In this document: one piece after another, positions 20,455 to 32,911 of the stretch
Position numbering within the stretch: position 1 is the first letter of the stretch
How the letters are laid out: each line of letters opens with the position of its first letter
Source of the DNA: an uncultured Actinomycetota bacterium
GTDB taxonomy: Bacteria > Actinomycetota > Actinomycetes > Mycobacteriales > Mycobacteriaceae
Length of the DNA stretch: 64,000 bases
NCBI GenBank assembly: GCA_963793055.1
Contig: CAWBYS010000018.1
Location: forward strand, 5,794 to 69,793
Direction: 5' to 3'
Notes under the pieces: generated by a model
The model's database searches: none
Seen by the model: the letters and a program-made list of their open reading frames with translations, nothing else
Told to the model about the DNA's origin: nothing
Made by a program: the position numbers and the translations under genes

Positions 20455-21711
20455 GTGAGCGCATCGAAGCGTGAATTCGACATCGTCCTGTACGGCGCGA
20501 CCGGGTTCGTCGGGAAGCTGACGGCGAAGTACCTGGCGACGGCGGGTGGCAAGGCCCGCATCGCCCTGGCCGGCCGGTCGCACGACAAACTGCTCGCGGT
20601 TCGCGAGACTCTGGGGGAGCAGGCGCAGGACTGGCCGCTGATCGCAGCCGATGCGTCACAGCCGTCGACGCTGAATGCGTTGGCCGCCCGCACCCAGGTG
20701 GTGGTGACCACCGTGGGTCCATATGCCCACTACGGCCTGCCGCTGGTGGCGGCGTGCGCGGCCGCAGGCACTGACTATGCGGATCTCACCGGCGAGGCGC
20801 AGTTCATTCGCCGGAGCATCGATCTGTACCACAAGCAGGCGATCGACACGGGTGCACGCATCGTGCATTCGTGTGGATTCGACTCCATTCCTTCGGATCT
20901 CACCGTGTTCGCCCTGTATCGGCGCGCCGAGCAGGACAATGCCGGGCAGCTCATGGACACCAACTTCGTTGTGCGCGAGTTCGCGGCCGGCCTGTCCGGT
21001 GGCACCATCGCGTCGATGATGGAGGTCATGCGGGCCGCGTCGGACGACCCCGAGGTGCGGCGGTCGTTGAACGATCCGTATACGTTGACGCCGGACCGCG
21101 CCGCCGAGCCTGAGCTGGGTGGGCAGCCGGACATGCGGTGGCGGCGTGGCGGAGAGATCGCACCTGAACTGCAGGGCTATTGGACTGCGCCGTTCGTGAT
21201 GGCCATCATCAACACCCGAATTGTGCGGCGCAGCAACGCATTACTCGACTATGCGTATGGGCGGCGGTTCGGGTACGGCGAGCAGATGAGCATGGGGAAG
21301 ACCATCGCTGCACCGGTGACGGCCGCGTTGGCCGCGGCAGGCAACGGCGCGGGAATGGCGCTTGGCAGTCGCTTCGCCAACCGGCTACCCCGCAAGCTCG
21401 TCGATCGGATCCTTCCGAAGCCGGGAACGGGACCGAGCGAACGCACCCGCGAACGCGGGCACTACACGATCGACACATACACGACGACGACCACCGGCGC
21501 GCGCTACCGGGCGACCATGTCGCAGAAGGGCGACCCCGGCTACAAGGCCACCTCGGTCCTGCTGGGTGAGAGCGGGTTGGCGCTCGCACTCGACCGAAGT
21601 GGGTTGTCGGATCTGCGCGGTGTCCTCACACCGGCAGCGGCGATGGGAGATGCGTTGCTGGCCCGATTCCCCGGCGCCGGAGTGTCATTGGAGACAACGC
21701 GATTGAATTGA
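20455..21711 (+). CDS. Saccharopine dehydrogenase-like / trans-acting enoyl reductase family protein (Rv2449c-like)
   Basis: REFDIVLYGATGFVG, TTVGPY, DYADLTGE, CGFDSIPSD, GDPGYKAT, GVLTPAAAMG. Confidence 0.92.
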   Translation: MSASKREFDIVLYGATGFVGKLTAKYLATAGGKARIALAGRSHDKLLAVRETLGEQAQDWPLIAADASQPSTLNALAARTQVVVTTVGPYAHYGLPLVAACAAAGTDYADLTGEAQFIRRSIDLYHKQAIDTGARIVHSCGFDSIPSDLTVFALYRRAEQDNAGQLMDTNFVVREFAAGLSGGTIASMMEVMRAASDDPEVRRSLNDPYTLTPDRAAEPELGGQPDMRWRRGGEIAPELQGYWTAPFVMAIINTRIVRRSNALLDYAYGRRFGYGEQMSMGKTIAAPVTAALAAAGNGAGMALGSRFANRLPRKLVDRILPKPGTGPSERTRERGHYTIDTYTTTTTGARYRATMSQKGDPGYKATSVLLGESGLALALDRSGLSDLRGVLTPAAAMGDALLARFPGAGVSLETTRLN

Positions 21712-21800
21712 TCAGCGCTCGCAGAACGCCTGTAGACCAAGATCGTTTGGACTAGTGTCGGCCACGCGTGCAACATCCCAGCAACGAAGGTGGACATCTC

Positions 21801-22415
21801 ATGGCTGGTCTCGACGATCTCATTGCGCAAATCCCGGTGGGAGACATCGCGAGCAAGATCGGTGCCGATGAAGGCGAAGTGAACAACGCGATTCGCACGC
21901 TGGTGCCCGCGCTGGTCGGCGGGGTGGCGGAAAACGTCCAGGCTGATTCGATCGACTCGAGCAAGCTCGAATCCGATGTCGCCCAGCAAGGTGCAAGCGG
22001 CCTGCTCGACGCCGGTGTCAGTGTGGACCAGGTCGACGCGAGCCAGGGCGATAAATACGTCGCGCGCATCTTCGGCGGCAACGACAGCAACGCCGTCGCG
22101 TCGGCGCTGGCCGGCGGTGGGGCAGGCAACAGCGATCTGATCAAGAAGCTTCTGCCGATCCTCGCGCCGATCGTGCTCGCATACATCGGCAAACAACTGA
22201 CGAAGGGCCAGGGTCAGGCGCCGGCGCAGCCGCAGGCGCAGCCTGCTGGTGGCGGCGGCCTCGGCGATGTGCTGGGCAGCATCCTCGGTGGTGCCGGGGG
22301 TGGCGGCGGCAACAACCCGCTGGGCAGCATCCTGGGCAGCGTGCTCGGTGGCGGCGGCGGCCAGAGCAATCCCATCGGCGAGATCCTGGGCGGCCTGCTC
22401 GGCGGGAAGAAGTAA
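21801..22415 (+). CDS. DUF937-family protein with Gly-rich repeats
   Basis: MAGLDDLIAQIP, LIKKLLPILAPIVLAYIGK, repeated LGSILGG. Confidence 0.85.
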   Translation: MAGLDDLIAQIPVGDIASKIGADEGEVNNAIRTLVPALVGGVAENVQADSIDSSKLESDVAQQGASGLLDAGVSVDQVDASQGDKYVARIFGGNDSNAVASALAGGGAGNSDLIKKLLPILAPIVLAYIGKQLTKGQGQAPAQPQAQPAGGGGLGDVLGSILGGAGGGGGNNPLGSILGSVLGGGGGQSNPIGEILGGLLGGKK

Positions 22416-22425
22416 CCGGTTTCTC

Positions 22426-22479
22426 CGCGAGAAGACGTAAAGGTCCCTTCCGGTCGGGGGCTTTTCCGCCCTCGCTCGC
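22426..22479. repeat. Degenerate mycobacterial REP-like hairpin
   Basis: CGCGAGAAGACGTAAAGGTCCC ... GGGGCTTTTCCGCCCTCGCTCGC. Confidence 0.55.
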
Positions 22480-22499
22480 TGTCTCCCTAGAATTGCGGG

Positions 22500-25160
22500 G
22501 TGACTGCAAGCCCCGAATCTCCAGCTGACGCCCTGCCCAAGTCGTGGGACCCGTCGGCAGTGGAGAGCGACCTGTACGAGGGCTGGGTCAACGCCGGGTA
22601 CTTCGCGGCCGACGCGACGAGCAACAAGCCCGCGTATTCGATCGTGCTGCCTCCGCCGAACGTGACCGGCAGCCTGCACATGGGCCACGCGCTCGACCAC
22701 ACGCTGATGGACGCCCTGACCCGCCGCAAGCGCATGCAGGGCTTCGAGGTGTTGTGGCTGCCGGGGATGGACCACGCGGGCATCGCCACCCAGAGCGTCG
22801 TCGAGAAGCAGCTCGCAGTCGACGGCAAGACCAAAGAGGACTTCGGCCGCGAGCTGTTCATCGACAAGGTGTGGGACTGGAAGCGCGACTCCGGGGGCAC
22901 CATCGAAGGGCAGATGCGAAGGCTTGGCGACGGCGTGGACTGGAGCCGTGACCGATTCACCATGGACGAGGGCTTGTCTCGGGCCGTGCGCACGATCTTC
23001 AAGCGGCTGTTCGATGCCGGGTTGATCTATCGCGCCGAGCGGCTGGTGAACTGGTCGCCGGTGCTCGAGACCGCGGTGTCCGACCTCGAGGTCAAATACG
23101 ACGACGTCGAGGGCGAGCTGGTGTCGTTCCGCTACGGCTCGTTGCGCGACGATGAACCGCACATCGTGGTGGCGACCACCCGAGTCGAGACGATGCTCGG
23201 CGATACGGCGATTGCGGTCCACCCCGATGATGAACGGTATCGCGACCTGGTCGGCAAGACACTGCCGCACCCGTTCGTCGATCGCGAGATGATTGTCGTC
23301 GCCGACGAGCACGTCGACCCTGAATTCGGCACGGGCGCAGTCAAAGTCACTCCGGCTCATGACCCCAACGACTTCGAGATCGGCATGCGGCATGCGTTGG
23401 CGATGCCGACGATCATGGACACCAAGGGCCGAATCGCGGATACCGGAACACAATTCGACGGCCTGGACCGCTTCGAGGCGCGGTACGCCGTGCGTCAGGC
23501 GCTCGCCGACGAGGGCCGTATCGTCGCCGAGAAGCGGCCGTACCTGCACAGCGTTGGGCACTCCGAGCGCAGTGGCGAACCGATTGAGCCACGGCTGTCG
23601 CTGCAGTGGTGGGTAAGCGTCGAATCCATGGCGAAGGCGGCAGGTGACGCGGTCCGCGATCACCGCACCGTGATCCATCCGCCGAGCCTGGAACCACGCT
23701 GGTTCGCATGGGTGGACAACATGCATGACTGGTGCATCTCGCGTCAGTTGTGGTGGGGACACCGCATTCCGATCTGGCACGGGCCCGACGGCGACATGGT
23801 GTGCGTCGGCCCGGACGAAACCCCACCCGAGGGCTGGGAACAGGACCCCGACGTGCTCGACACGTGGTTCTCCTCGGCGCTGTGGCCGTTCTCGACGATG
23901 GGCTGGCCCGACCACACACCGGAATTGACGAAGTTCTATCCGACCACCGTCCTGGTGACGGGATACGACATCCTGTTCTTCTGGGTCGCGCGGATGATGA
24001 TGTTCGGCACCTTCGTCGAAGGCGATTCGGCGATCACGCTCGACGGCGAACGCGGGCCGCAGGTGCCATTCGAGAACGTCTTTTTGCACGGGCTGATCCG
24101 CGACGAGTTCGGCCGCAAGATGAGTAAGTCGCGCGGCAACGGCATCGACCCGCTGGACTGGGTCGAGAAGTTCGGTGCAGATGCGCTGCGGTTCACCCTG
24201 GCCCGCGGCGCCAGCCCGGGCGGGGACCTGTCGATCGGCGAGGATCATGCCCGCGCATCGCGCAACTTCGCCACCAAGCTGTTCAACGCGACCCGCTTCG
24301 CGTTGATGAACGGCGCCGCCCCAGCGTCGCTTCCGAGCCGCGACGACCTGACGGACGCCGACCGCTGGATTCTCGGACGACTGGAAGAGGTTCGCGCCGA
24401 GGTGGATTCGGCGTTCGACAGCTACGAGTTCAGTCGGGCTTGCGAATCGCTATACCACTTTGCGTGGGACGAGTTCTGCGACTGGTATGTGGAGCTGGCC
24501 AAGGTGCAAATCGTTGAAGAAGACGCCCACACCGCTCGCACTACCTCAGTGCTGGCCTTCGTACTCGACACGCTGCTCAAGCTGCTGCACCCGGTGATGC
24601 CGTTCGTCACCGAAGTGCTGTGGAAGACGTTGACCGGCGGCGAGTCCCTCGTCGTCGCCGACTGGCCCGAACCCTCCGGCTTTGCGGTCGATCCCGTTGC
24701 TGCGCAGCGGGTCACAGATATGCAGAAGCTGATCACAGAGGTCCGCCGATTCCGCAGCGACCAGGGTCTCAACGATCGGCAGAAGGTGCCCGCGAGGCTG
24801 TCCGAAATTGCGCAGGCAGATCTCGACTCGCAGATCCCGGCGGTGACGTCGTTGGCGTGGCTGACCGCCGCCGATGACGGCTTCAACGCGTCGGCCGCCG
24901 TCGAGGTGCGTCTGTCGCGGGCCACGGTGGTCGTCGAACTCGACACGTCGGGCACCGTGGACGTCGAGGCCGAAAGGCGCAGGCTGGAAAAGGATCTCGC
25001 GGCCGCGCAGAAGGAGCTCGCAGGCACGGAGGGCAAGCTCGGCAACGAGGCCTTCCTCGCAAAGGCGCCCACGGACGTCGTCGAGAAGATCCGCAACCGC
25101 CAGCAGGTGGCCCGCGAGGAAGTCGACCGCATCGCGGCACGCCTGGCTTCGCTCACATGA
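22500..25160 (+). CDS. valS: Valine--tRNA ligase
   Basis: [32 protein letters not shown]-terminal coiled coil; -10 TAGAAT 6 nt before GTG. Confidence 0.99.
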   Translation: MTASPESPADALPKSWDPSAVESDLYEGWVNAGYFAADATSNKPAYSIVLPPPNVTGSLHMGHALDHTLMDALTRRKRMQGFEVLWLPGMDHAGIATQSVVEKQLAVDGKTKEDFGRELFIDKVWDWKRDSGGTIEGQMRRLGDGVDWSRDRFTMDEGLSRAVRTIFKRLFDAGLIYRAERLVNWSPVLETAVSDLEVKYDDVEGELVSFRYGSLRDDEPHIVVATTRVETMLGDTAIAVHPDDERYRDLVGKTLPHPFVDREMIVVADEHVDPEFGTGAVKVTPAHDPNDFEIGMRHALAMPTIMDTKGRIADTGTQFDGLDRFEARYAVRQALADEGRIVAEKRPYLHSVGHSERSGEPIEPRLSLQWWVSVESMAKAAGDAVRDHRTVIHPPSLEPRWFAWVDNMHDWCISRQLWWGHRIPIWHGPDGDMVCVGPDETPPEGWEQDPDVLDTWFSSALWPFSTMGWPDHTPELTKFYPTTVLVTGYDILFFWVARMMMFGTFVEGDSAITLDGERGPQVPFENVFLHGLIRDEFGRKMSKSRGNGIDPLDWVEKFGADALRFTLARGASPGGDLSIGEDHARASRNFATKLFNATRFALMNGAAPASLPSRDDLTDADRWILGRLEEVRAEVDSAFDSYEFSRACESLYHFAWDEFCDWYVELAKVQIVEEDAHTARTTSVLAFVLDTLLKLLHPVMPFVTEVLWKTLTGGESLVVADWPEPSGFAVDPVAAQRVTDMQKLITEVRRFRSDQGLNDRQKVPARLSEIAQADLDSQIPAVTSLAWLTAADDGFNASAAVEVRLSRATVVVELDTSGTVDVEAERRRLEKDLAAAQKELAGTEGKLGNEAFLAKAPTDVVEKIRNRQQVAREEVDRIAARLASLT

Positions 25161-26566
25161 CACAACCCGTCCCCACACCGGACGAAGTCGCATCGCTGCT
25201 TCAGGTCGAGCACCTGCTCGACCAGCGCTGGCCCGAGACCAAACTCGAGCCCAGCACGGCACGCATCTCGGCGTTGATGGAGATGCTCGGTTCGCCACAA
25301 CGCACCTACCCGTCGATCCACATCGCGGGGACGAACGGCAAGACATCGGTGGCGCGGATGGTCGATGCGCTGCTGACCGCGTTCAGTCGTCGCGCCGGAC
25401 GGACCACCAGCCCGCATCTGCAGTCCGCGGTGGAGCGGATCTCGATCGACGGCAAGCCGATTACGCCAGCGGCCTACGTCGCGACCTACCTCGAGATCGA
25501 ACCGTTCGTGCAACTCGTCGACCAGCAGTCTGAAGCGGTCGGTGGCCCAGCGATGAGCAAGTTCGAGGTCGTCACCGGGATGGCGTTCGCCGCCTTCGCC
25601 GATGCGCCCGTCGACGTGGCAGTCGTCGAAGTCGGTCTGGGTGGTCGCTGGGACGCCACCAACGTCGTCAACGCACCGGTTGCGGTCATCACGCCGATCG
25701 GGGTGGACCACGCCGACTACCTCGGCGACACCATCGCCGAGATCGCGGGTGAGAAGGCCGGCATCATCACGAAGCAGGAAGACGATCTCGTGCCGACCGA
25801 CACCGTCGCGGTGATCGCCCGCCAGTTGCCCGAGGCGATGGAGGTGCTGCTGGCCCAGGCGGTGCGTGCCGATGCCGCAGTGGCACGCGAGGATTCGGAA
25901 TTCGCGGTACTCGGGCGTCAGATCGCCGTCGGTGGTCAGCTCCTTGAACTACAGGGCCTCGGCGGCGTCTACAGCGACGTCTTCCTTCCGCTGCACGGCG
26001 AGCATCAGGCGCACAACGCGGCACTCGCGCTGGCTGCCGTCGAAGCGTTCTTCGGCGCGGGTGCGCAGCGTCAACTCGACATCGACACGGTGCGGGCGGG
26101 CTTCGCGGCGGTCACCAGCCCTGGCCGGCTCGAGCGGATGCGCAGCGCCCCAACTGTTTTCATCGATGCCGCGCACAACCCGGCCGGTGCGACCGCGCTG
26201 GCGCAGGCGTTGCAGGAGGAGTTCGACTTTCGATTTCTCGTCGGCGTCGTCGCCGTGATGGCCGACAAGGACGTCGAGGGCATCCTGGCGGCGCTCGAAC
26301 CGGCGCTGGACCAAGTCGTGGTCACCCACAACGGATCGCCACGCGCGCTGGACGTCGAAACGCTGGCGCGGCTGGCCGAGGAGAGGTTCGGTCCCGACCG
26401 CGTGCTCGCCTCCGCCAACCTGACGGACGCCATCGAAACGGCCACCGCGCTTGTGGAGGAGGCCGGCAACGAGGGCGAGGGTTTCGGCGGTGCCGGGATG
26501 GTGATCACCGGGTCGGTGGTGACGGCAGGCGCCGCGCGGACACTGTTCGGAAAGGACCCAGAGTGA
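25157..26566 (+). CDS. folC: Folylpolyglutamate/dihydrofolate synthase
   Basis: [34 protein letters not shown]. Confidence 0.98.
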   Translation: MTQPVPTPDEVASLLQVEHLLDQRWPETKLEPSTARISALMEMLGSPQRTYPSIHIAGTNGKTSVARMVDALLTAFSRRAGRTTSPHLQSAVERISIDGKPITPAAYVATYLEIEPFVQLVDQQSEAVGGPAMSKFEVVTGMAFAAFADAPVDVAVVEVGLGGRWDATNVVNAPVAVITPIGVDHADYLGDTIAEIAGEKAGIITKQEDDLVPTDTVAVIARQLPEAMEVLLAQAVRADAAVAREDSEFAVLGRQIAVGGQLLELQGLGGVYSDVFLPLHGEHQAHNAALALAAVEAFFGAGAQRQLDIDTVRAGFAAVTSPGRLERMRSAPTVFIDAAHNPAGATALAQALQEEFDFRFLVGVVAVMADKDVEGILAALEPALDQVVVTHNGSPRALDVETLARLAEERFGPDRVLASANLTDAIETATALVEEAGNEGEGFGGAGMVITGSVVTAGAARTLFGKDPE

Positions 26567-26985
26567 CCGAACAGCCGCCGCAGCCGCCCGAGCCCGATGC
26601 CGGCGGCCGGTCGGCTCCCGATCCGTGGAAGAGCTTTCGCGGAGTGATGGCCGGCACCCTGATCCTCGAGGCGATCGTGGTGCTGCTCGCGCTTCCGGTC
26701 GTCGCGCGCGTCGGTTCCGGACTGACCGCGACCAACGTCGGCTATCTGGTCGGTGTGGCCGTCGTCCTGATCCTGCTGGCCGGTGTTCAGGGCCGGCCCT
26801 GGGCGCTGTGGGTCAACCTGGCGATGCAACTGGTGGTGATCGCCGGAGTCGTCGTGCACGGGGCACTCGGCTTCATCGGCGGCATCTTTCTGGCGGTGTG
26901 GCTGCTGATCGCCTATCTGCGCGCCGAGGTGCTGCGCAGGCAGAAGCGCGGACTGCTGCCCGGCCAGCAGGGCCCGCCCGATTAG
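26563..26985 (+). CDS. DUF4233 membrane protein (Rv2446c-like)
   Basis: DPWKSFRGVMAGTLILEAIVVLL; position between folC and ndk. Confidence 0.88.
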   Translation: MTEQPPQPPEPDAGGRSAPDPWKSFRGVMAGTLILEAIVVLLALPVVARVGSGLTATNVGYLVGVAVVLILLAGVQGRPWALWVNLAMQLVVIAGVVVHGALGFIGGIFLAVWLLIAYLRAEVLRRQKRGLLPGQQGPPD

Positions 26986-26994
26986 GCTGTCGGC

Positions 26995-27414
26995 GTGACT
27001 GAGCCGATTGAGCGCACACTCGTGTTGATCAAGCCCGACGGCGTCGAGCGGCGCCTCGTCGGCGAGATTCTCAGCCGAATCGAACGGAAGGGCCTGGCCA
27101 TCGGGGCCCTGGAACTCAAGAACGTCAGCGACGAGCTCGCCCGCCGGCACTATGCCGAGCATGAGGGCAAACCCTTCTTCGGATCGTTGCTGGAATTCAT
27201 CACCTCCGGGCCCGTGGTGGCCGCGATCGTGGAAGGCCCCAGGGCCATCGCCGCGTTCCGGCAGATCGCCGGCGGAACCGACCCCGTCGAGAAGGCCGTA
27301 CCGGGAACGATCCGTGGCGACTTCGCCCTGATCACGCAGGACAATCTCGTGCACGGCTCTGATTCGCCGGAGTCGGCGGCTCGGGAAATCGACCTCTGGT
27401 TCCCCGGCAGCTAG
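26995..27414 (+). CDS. ndk: Nucleoside-diphosphate kinase
   Basis: [27 protein letters not shown]. Confidence 0.99.
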   Translation: MTEPIERTLVLIKPDGVERRLVGEILSRIERKGLAIGALELKNVSDELARRHYAEHEGKPFFGSLLEFITSGPVVAAIVEGPRAIAAFRQIAGGTDPVEKAVPGTIRGDFALITQDNLVHGSDSPESAAREIDLWFPGS

Positions 27415-27462
27415 CACGGCATCTGACCAGCTCGCGTGGGTTGTTCGGGCCCGGCGCAGTGA

Positions 27463-27749
27463 TGTGGGATACTGACCATGGGTAGTCGATCCTTAACCAG
27501 GGACCGAATGCCCGAATGAAGACTTAGACGTGCGCGACCATCGCCACGCGCGGAGTCCAATTCGCTCCTCGCGTGCGCATGCGGCGCCGACCGTCCAGCC
27601 ATCATTCAGACCGGCGCCAAAACGGTCCCGACCAGGGATTGTTCGGCGCGAGACCACAACCAGCTCGGGAGAAGTCCACCCGGGCCAATAGCGGAAGCCC
27701 TCGCGTGGCCGCGTCGACAGGACGCGCCCGGGGGCTTAGAGGAGACTAA
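27463..27749 (+). promoter_or_regulatory. rne promoter and ~270-nt 5' leader
   Basis: TGTGG-GATACT extended -10 candidate at 27463-27473; stem AAGCCCTCG..CGGGGGCTT next to SD GAGGAG. Confidence 0.5.
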
Positions 27750-30609
27750 GTGGCCGACGATGACAATTCTGCAGCCCCAACCGAAGAACTTTCAGAGGAG
27801 ACACAGCACACTGCGGAGCCTGTGGATTCTCAGCCGGAGAAACTGAGGGTTCATTCGCTTGCCCGCGTGCTGGGCACCACCAGCAAGCGCGTGCTCGACG
27901 CGCTGACCGAACTCGATGGTCGGCCCCGCAGCGCGCAGTCGGCGGTGGAGGAGGACGAAGCCGAGCGGGTGCGCGAAGCGCTCGCAGACCGCCCCGATGA
28001 GCGCGACGCCGACGAGCCCGAGTCGAGGCTGATGCTGGAGGCCCCCGACTCTCAAGCGCAGGACGCCCCCACGCACACCGAGTACATGCCGCTGTTCGTG
28101 GCCCCGCAGCCAGTCCAATTCGAGTATGAATCCGACGATGACGACGACGAGGACGACGACAGCGACGAGGGTTCCGACGACGACCAGTCCGACCGTCCCT
28201 CGGGCCGACGCAGGCGGCGTGGGCGTCGCGGCCGCGGTCGGGGTCGCGGCGAGCAGAACGGCGATGAGTCGGACACCGACGGTGACGCACAGGCCGACAG
28301 CCAAGGCGGCGGCCAGGATTCCGGTGACGACGCCGATGACTCCGACGACGACAACGGCGACGAGGACAACGCCTCCGGCGAGGCCGGCACGCGTCGCAGG
28401 CGGCGGCGCCGTCGCCGGAAGTCCGCTCCGGGCGACGGCGACGACTCCGGCAGTTCACCGGACGATCCACCCAACACCGTTGTGCATGAACGCGAGCCCC
28501 GCCAGTCGCCGAAGGCCGACAAGTCCGCCCAAGGCGGCGACGAGATCCAGGGCATCAGCGGGTCGACCCGGCTGGAGGCCAAGAGGCAGCGTCGTCGGGA
28601 CGGTCGCGATGCAGGCAGGCGGCGCCCGCCGATCCTGAGTGAGGCCGAATTCCTCGCCCGTCGCGAAGCCGTCGAACGGATGATGGTGGTGCGCGACAAG
28701 GTTCGCACCGAACCGCCGCACGAAGGCGCGCGCTACACCCAGATCGCGGTGCTCGAAGACGGGGTCGTCGTCGAGCATTTCGTCACCTCGGCAGCTTCGG
28801 CGTCCCTGGTCGGCAACATCTACATCGGCATCGTGCAGAACGTGTTGCCGTCGATGGAGGCCGCGTTCGTCGACATCGGCCGCGGCCGCAACGGCGTGCT
28901 CTACGCGGGCGAAGTGAACTGGGAGGCGGCCGGTCTCGGCGGTGCCAACCGCAAGATCGAGCAAGCGCTCAAGCCCGGTGACTACGTCGTCGTGCAGGTC
29001 AGCAAGGACCCGGTCGGGCACAAGGGCGCGCGGCTGACGACTCAGGTGTCGCTGGCCGGCCGCTACCTGGTCTATGTGCCGGGAGCCTCCTCGACCGGTA
29101 TCAGCCGCAAGCTGCCCGACACGGAACGGCAGCGGCTCAAGGAGATCCTGCGTGAGGTCGTGCCGGCCGATGCCGGCGTGATCATTCGCACCGCCTCCGA
29201 AGGCGTCAAGGAAGAAGACATCCGCACCGACGTCAACCGGCTGCAGGAGCGGTGGTCGCAGATCGAGGCCAAGGCTGCCGAGACCAAGAAGAAGGCCGCG
29301 GGCGCGGCGGTGGCGCTCTACGAAGAGCCCGACGTGCTGGTCAAGGTCATCCGCGATCTGTTCAACGAAGACTTCCGCGGTCTCATCGTGTCCGGCGACG
29401 ATGCCTGGACCACCATCAACGAATACGTGAATTCCGTTGCGCCGGAGCTAGTTCCGCGGTTGACCAAGTACGAGCCCGCGTCCCCGGACGGGCCGGACGT
29501 GTTCGCGGTGCACCGCATCGACGAGCAGCTGACCAAGGCGATGGACCGCAAGGTGTGGCTGCCGTCCGGCGGCACGCTGGTCATCGACCGCACCGAGGCG
29601 ATGACCGTGATCGACGTCAACACCGGCAAGTTCACCGGCTCTGGCGGCAACCTCGAGCAGACGGTCACGCGCAACAACCTCGAAGCCGCCGAGGAGATCG
29701 TCCGCCAGCTGCGGCTGCGCGACATCGGCGGCATCGTCGTCATCGACTTCATCGACATGGTGCTGGAGTCCAACCGCGATCTGGTGCTGCGCCGGCTGAC
29801 CGAGGCGTTGGCGCGCGACCGCACCCGCCATCAGGTGTCGGAGGTGACGTCGCTCGGGCTGGTGCAGCTGACGCGAAAGCGGTTGGGCACCGGGCTGATC
29901 GAGGCGTTCTCCACGCAGTGCACGCAATGCGCCGGCCGCGGCATCCTGCTGCACGGCGATCCGGTGGATTCGCATCGGCGACCGGCGGTCGCAAGTCGGA
30001 GTCGGGCGGTCGCCGCGGCAAGCGTGGCAAGAGCGGCGGCAAGAGCCGACGAAGTCGAGGTGGCCAAGGTGCCCGCGCATCCTGCCGGTGAGCATCCGAT
30101 GTTCAAGGCGATGGCCGCGGCCAACGGGGCCACCACGAGGACGACGAGGACGAGGACGAGGAGAGGGCCGCCGAGGACGACGTCGACCGAAGTCGATTCG
30201 GAGACCATCCGCAAGGCCGTGCGCGACGCCGCCGACGAGGAACTCGAGGACGAAGACTTCGATGACTCGGACGAATCCGACGAATCCGACGAGGACGAAT
30301 CCGACGAAGACGAGTCCGACGAGGACGAGATCGACCTGGACGAGGACGACGAGGACGACGACATCGACGACGACATCGAGGTCATCAACGACGACTCCGA
30401 CGAGGACTCCGACGAGGACGACGACGGACGCCGACGATGACGAAGACGACGACGCCGACGAGGACGACGATCGACGAGGACGACGACGAGGACTCTGACG
30501 AGGACGACGACGAGCGATCCGACGACGAGTACCAGGAATCGGCGGCCCGGCGCAGCGGCCGGCGCGCCGCCGGCGCGGCGCCGCAGGACCGACCGACGCA
30601 CGGCGCTGA
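27750..30609 (+). CDS. rne: Ribonuclease E (Rne/Rng), apparent frameshifts in the 3' low-complexity region
   Basis: LRVHSLAR, VGNIYIG..VLPSMEAAFVDIG, KDPVGHKGARLT, VIDVNTG, LRDIGGIVVIDFIDM, CTQCAGRG; acidic tail switches frame near 29975, 30135 and 30425; true stop uncertain. Confidence 0.95.
30230..30530 (+). repeat. GAC/GAG low-complexity tandem repeats (Asp/Glu tail of RNase E)
   Basis: Iterated GACGAG / GAATCCGACGA units. Confidence 0.8.
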
Positions 30610-30646
30610 TCCGGCGTGCAAGGCACGGAAGTCGACCTGCGGTGAT

Positions 30647-30677
30647 TTGACCCTCTAGCGGCTGGCTCAAGTACCCT
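30647..30677 (+). promoter_or_regulatory. SigA-type promoter of rplU-rpmA
   Basis: TTGACC ... TACCCT about 105 nt upstream of rplU ATG. Confidence 0.55.
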
Positions 30678-30783
30678 TGAGCGGTTGTCGCCAGGCTGCG
30701 GCCGAGCGACAGCTGGCAGAAGACCCGGACACCCAGACATGCGCGGCGCCCAAGTACCGCGCGCCCAGAGACGAAGAGGAACG

Positions 30784-31095
30784 ATGGCGACGTACGCAAT
30801 CGTCAAGACCGGCGGCAAGCAGTACAAGGTCGCCGTAGGTGACGTGGTCAAGGTCGAGAAGCTCGACTCCGAGCCCGGCGCCAAGGTCTCGCTGCCTGTC
30901 GCCCTCGTCGTCGACGGCGCGAAGGTCACCACCGACGCCAAGGACCTGGAGAAGGTCGCGGTCACCGGCGAGGTGCTCGAGCACACCAAGGGTCCCAAGA
31001 TCCGCATCCACAAGTTCAAGAACAAGACCGGCTACCACAAGCGGCAGGGTCACCGTCAGCAGCTGACGGTCCTGCGGGTCACCGGCATCAAGTAG
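30784..31095 (+). CDS. rplU: 50S ribosomal protein L21
   Basis: [26 protein letters not shown]. Confidence 0.99.
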   Translation: MATYAIVKTGGKQYKVAVGDVVKVEKLDSEPGAKVSLPVALVVDGAKVTTDAKDLEKVAVTGEVLEHTKGPKIRIHKFKNKTGYHKRQGHRQQLTVLRVTGIK

Positions 31096-31108
31096 GGAGT
31101 CGAACGAG

Positions 31109-31377
31109 ATGGCACACAAGAAGGGCGCTTCCAGCTCACGCAACGGTCGCGACTCCGCCGCCCAGCGGCTGGGCGTCAAGCGGTTCGGCGGCCAGATCGT
31201 CAAGGCCGGCGAGATCCTGGTCCGCCAGCGCGGCACCCACTTCCATCCCGGCGTCAACGTCGGCCGCGGCGGCGACGACACGCTGTTCGCCACGGCTCCC
31301 GGCGCCGTCGAGTTCGGTAACAAGCGCGGCCGCAAGACGGTCAGCATCGTGCGACCGTCGGCCCCCCGGAGGCCTAA
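31109..31377 (+). CDS. rpmA: 50S ribosomal protein L27 (3' end apparently frameshifted)
   Basis: [16 protein letters not shown]; likely true end CCG GAG GCC TAA (31366-31377) in another frame next to a C run. Confidence 0.95.
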
Positions 31378-31384
31378 GCTTCCG

Positions 31385-31447
31385 CGTCGAAATCGACATT
31401 TCGGCGCTGAGCTCTCGTACTTTTGCGCCCAAACGTCCATTTCGGCG
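31385..31447. repeat. REP-like inverted repeat between rpmA and obgE
   Basis: CGTCGAAATCGACATTTCGGCGC ... GCGCCCAAACGTCCATTTCGGCG, ending just before obgE SD AAGGAG. Confidence 0.7.
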
Positions 31448-31462
31448 AAGGAGTGATCACCG

Positions 31463-32911
31463 ATGCCCCGGTTCGTCGACCGCGTCGTGATTCACGCGCG
31501 TGCGGGCAACGGCGGTAACGGCTGCGCGTCGGTCCACCGCGAGAAGTTCAAGCCGCTCGGCGGCCCCGACGGCGGCAACGGCGGGCGCGGCGGCAGCGTC
31601 GTGCTCGTCGTCGACCCGCAGGTGCACACGCTGCTCGACTTCCACTTCCATCCGCACGTCGTCGCGCCCTCGGGCAAGCAGGGCATGGGCGGCAACCGCG
31701 ACGGCGCCGCCGGAGCCGATCTCGAGGTCAAGGTTCCCGACGGCACCGTCGTCCTCGACGAGAACGGCCGGTTGCTCGCCGACCTGGTCGGTGCGGGCAC
31801 CCGGTTCGACGCCGCTGCCGGCGGTCGCGGCGGCCTCGGTAACGCGGCGCTGGCGTCGCGTGCGCGCAAGGCACCCGGATTCGCGCTGCTCGGCGAAAAG
31901 GGCCAGGTTCGCGATCTCACGCTGGAACTGAAGACGGTCGCCGACGTCGGCCTGGTCGGCTTTCCCTCTGCCGGCAAGTCGTCGCTGGTGTCGGCCATCT
32001 CTGCGGCCAAACCGAAGATCGCCGACTACCCCTTCACCACCCTGACGCCCAACCTCGGCGTGGTGTCGGCAGGGGATCACACCTTCACCGTCGCCGACGT
32101 TCCCGGCCTGATTCCCGGCGCATCCGAGGGCCGCGGCCTCGGCCTGGAGTTCCTGCGACACATCGAGCGGTGTGCGGTGCTGGTGCATGTCGTCGACTGC
32201 GCCACGCTTGAGCCCGACCGCGATCCGGTCTCCGACATCGAAGCGCTGGAAGCCGAGCTTGCCGCGTACACGCCGACGCTGCAGGGCGATTCGACGCTGG
32301 GTGATCTGGCCTCGCGTCCGCGCGCGGTGGTGCTCAACAAGATCGACGTGCCCGAAGCGCGTGAGTTGGCCGACTTCGTGCGCGATGAGGTCACGCGTCG
32401 GTTCGGTTGGCCCGTGTTCGAGGTGTCGACTGTCTCGCGAGAAGGCCTGCGCCCCTTGACCTTCGCGCTGTGGGACATGGTGTCGAAATACCGCGACTCG
32501 CAACCTGCGGTCGTGCCCCGTCGACCGGTGATTCGGCCGATCGCCGTGGACGAGAGCGGTTTCACCGTCGAGCCCGACGGTGAAGGCGGCTTCGTCGTGC
32601 GTGGTGCGCGGCCCGAGCGGTGGATATCGCAGACGGATTTCGCCAACGACGAGGCGGTCGGCTACCTCGGCGACCGGCTGGCGCGTCTTGGCGTGGAAGA
32701 CGAGTTGCTGCGGCTCGGCGCGCGACCCGGCTGTGCGGTCACCATCGGCGACATGACCTTCGACTGGGAGCCCCAGACCCCGGCCGGGGTCGACGTGACA
32801 CTGTCCGGCCGGGGCACGGACACGCGGCTGGAGCAGACCGACCGGGTCGGCGCCGCCGAACGCAAAGCCGCCCGGCGTGAGCGCCGCCGTCCCCGCGGTG
32901 AGCAGCCATGA
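31463..32911 (+). CDS. obgE: GTPase ObgE/CgtA
   Basis: [36 protein letters not shown]. Confidence 0.99.
   Translation: MPRFVDRVVIHARAGNGGNGCASVHREKFKPLGGPDGGNGGRGGSVVLVVDPQVHTLLDFHFHPHVVAPSGKQGMGGNRDGAAGADLEVKVPDGTVVLDENGRLLADLVGAGTRFDAAAGGRGGLGNAALASRARKAPGFALLGEKGQVRDLTLELKTVADVGLVGFPSAGKSSLVSAISAAKPKIADYPFTTLTPNLGVVSAGDHTFTVADVPGLIPGASEGRGLGLEFLRHIERCAVLVHVVDCATLEPDRDPVSDIEALEAELAAYTPTLQGDSTLGDLASRPRAVVLNKIDVPEARELADFVRDEVTRRFGWPVFEVSTVSREGLRPLTFALWDMVSKYRDSQPAVVPRRPVIRPIAVDESGFTVEPDGEGGFVVRGARPERWISQTDFANDEAVGYLGDRLARLGVEDELLRLGARPGCAVTIGDMTFDWEPQTPAGVDVTLSGRGTDTRLEQTDRVGAAERKAARRERRRPRGEQP

Noticed and set aside
21540-24248. 902-aa minus-strand ORF, and similar long ORFs at 31457-32983, 44454-46457 and 60097-61731
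   Set aside because: Antisense shadows of valS, obgE, MoxR/VWA and the ATP-grasp gene; expected in high-GC coding DNA, no motifs
30230-30530. Repeat array that might be CRISPR-like
   Set aside because: Codon-level Asp/Glu repeats within rne; no constant repeat-spacer structure and no cas genes
31378-31456. C-terminally extended L27 (115 aa)
   Set aside because: A normal end PEA-TAA lies in another frame beside a C run and the extension crosses an intergenic palindrome; probable indel error
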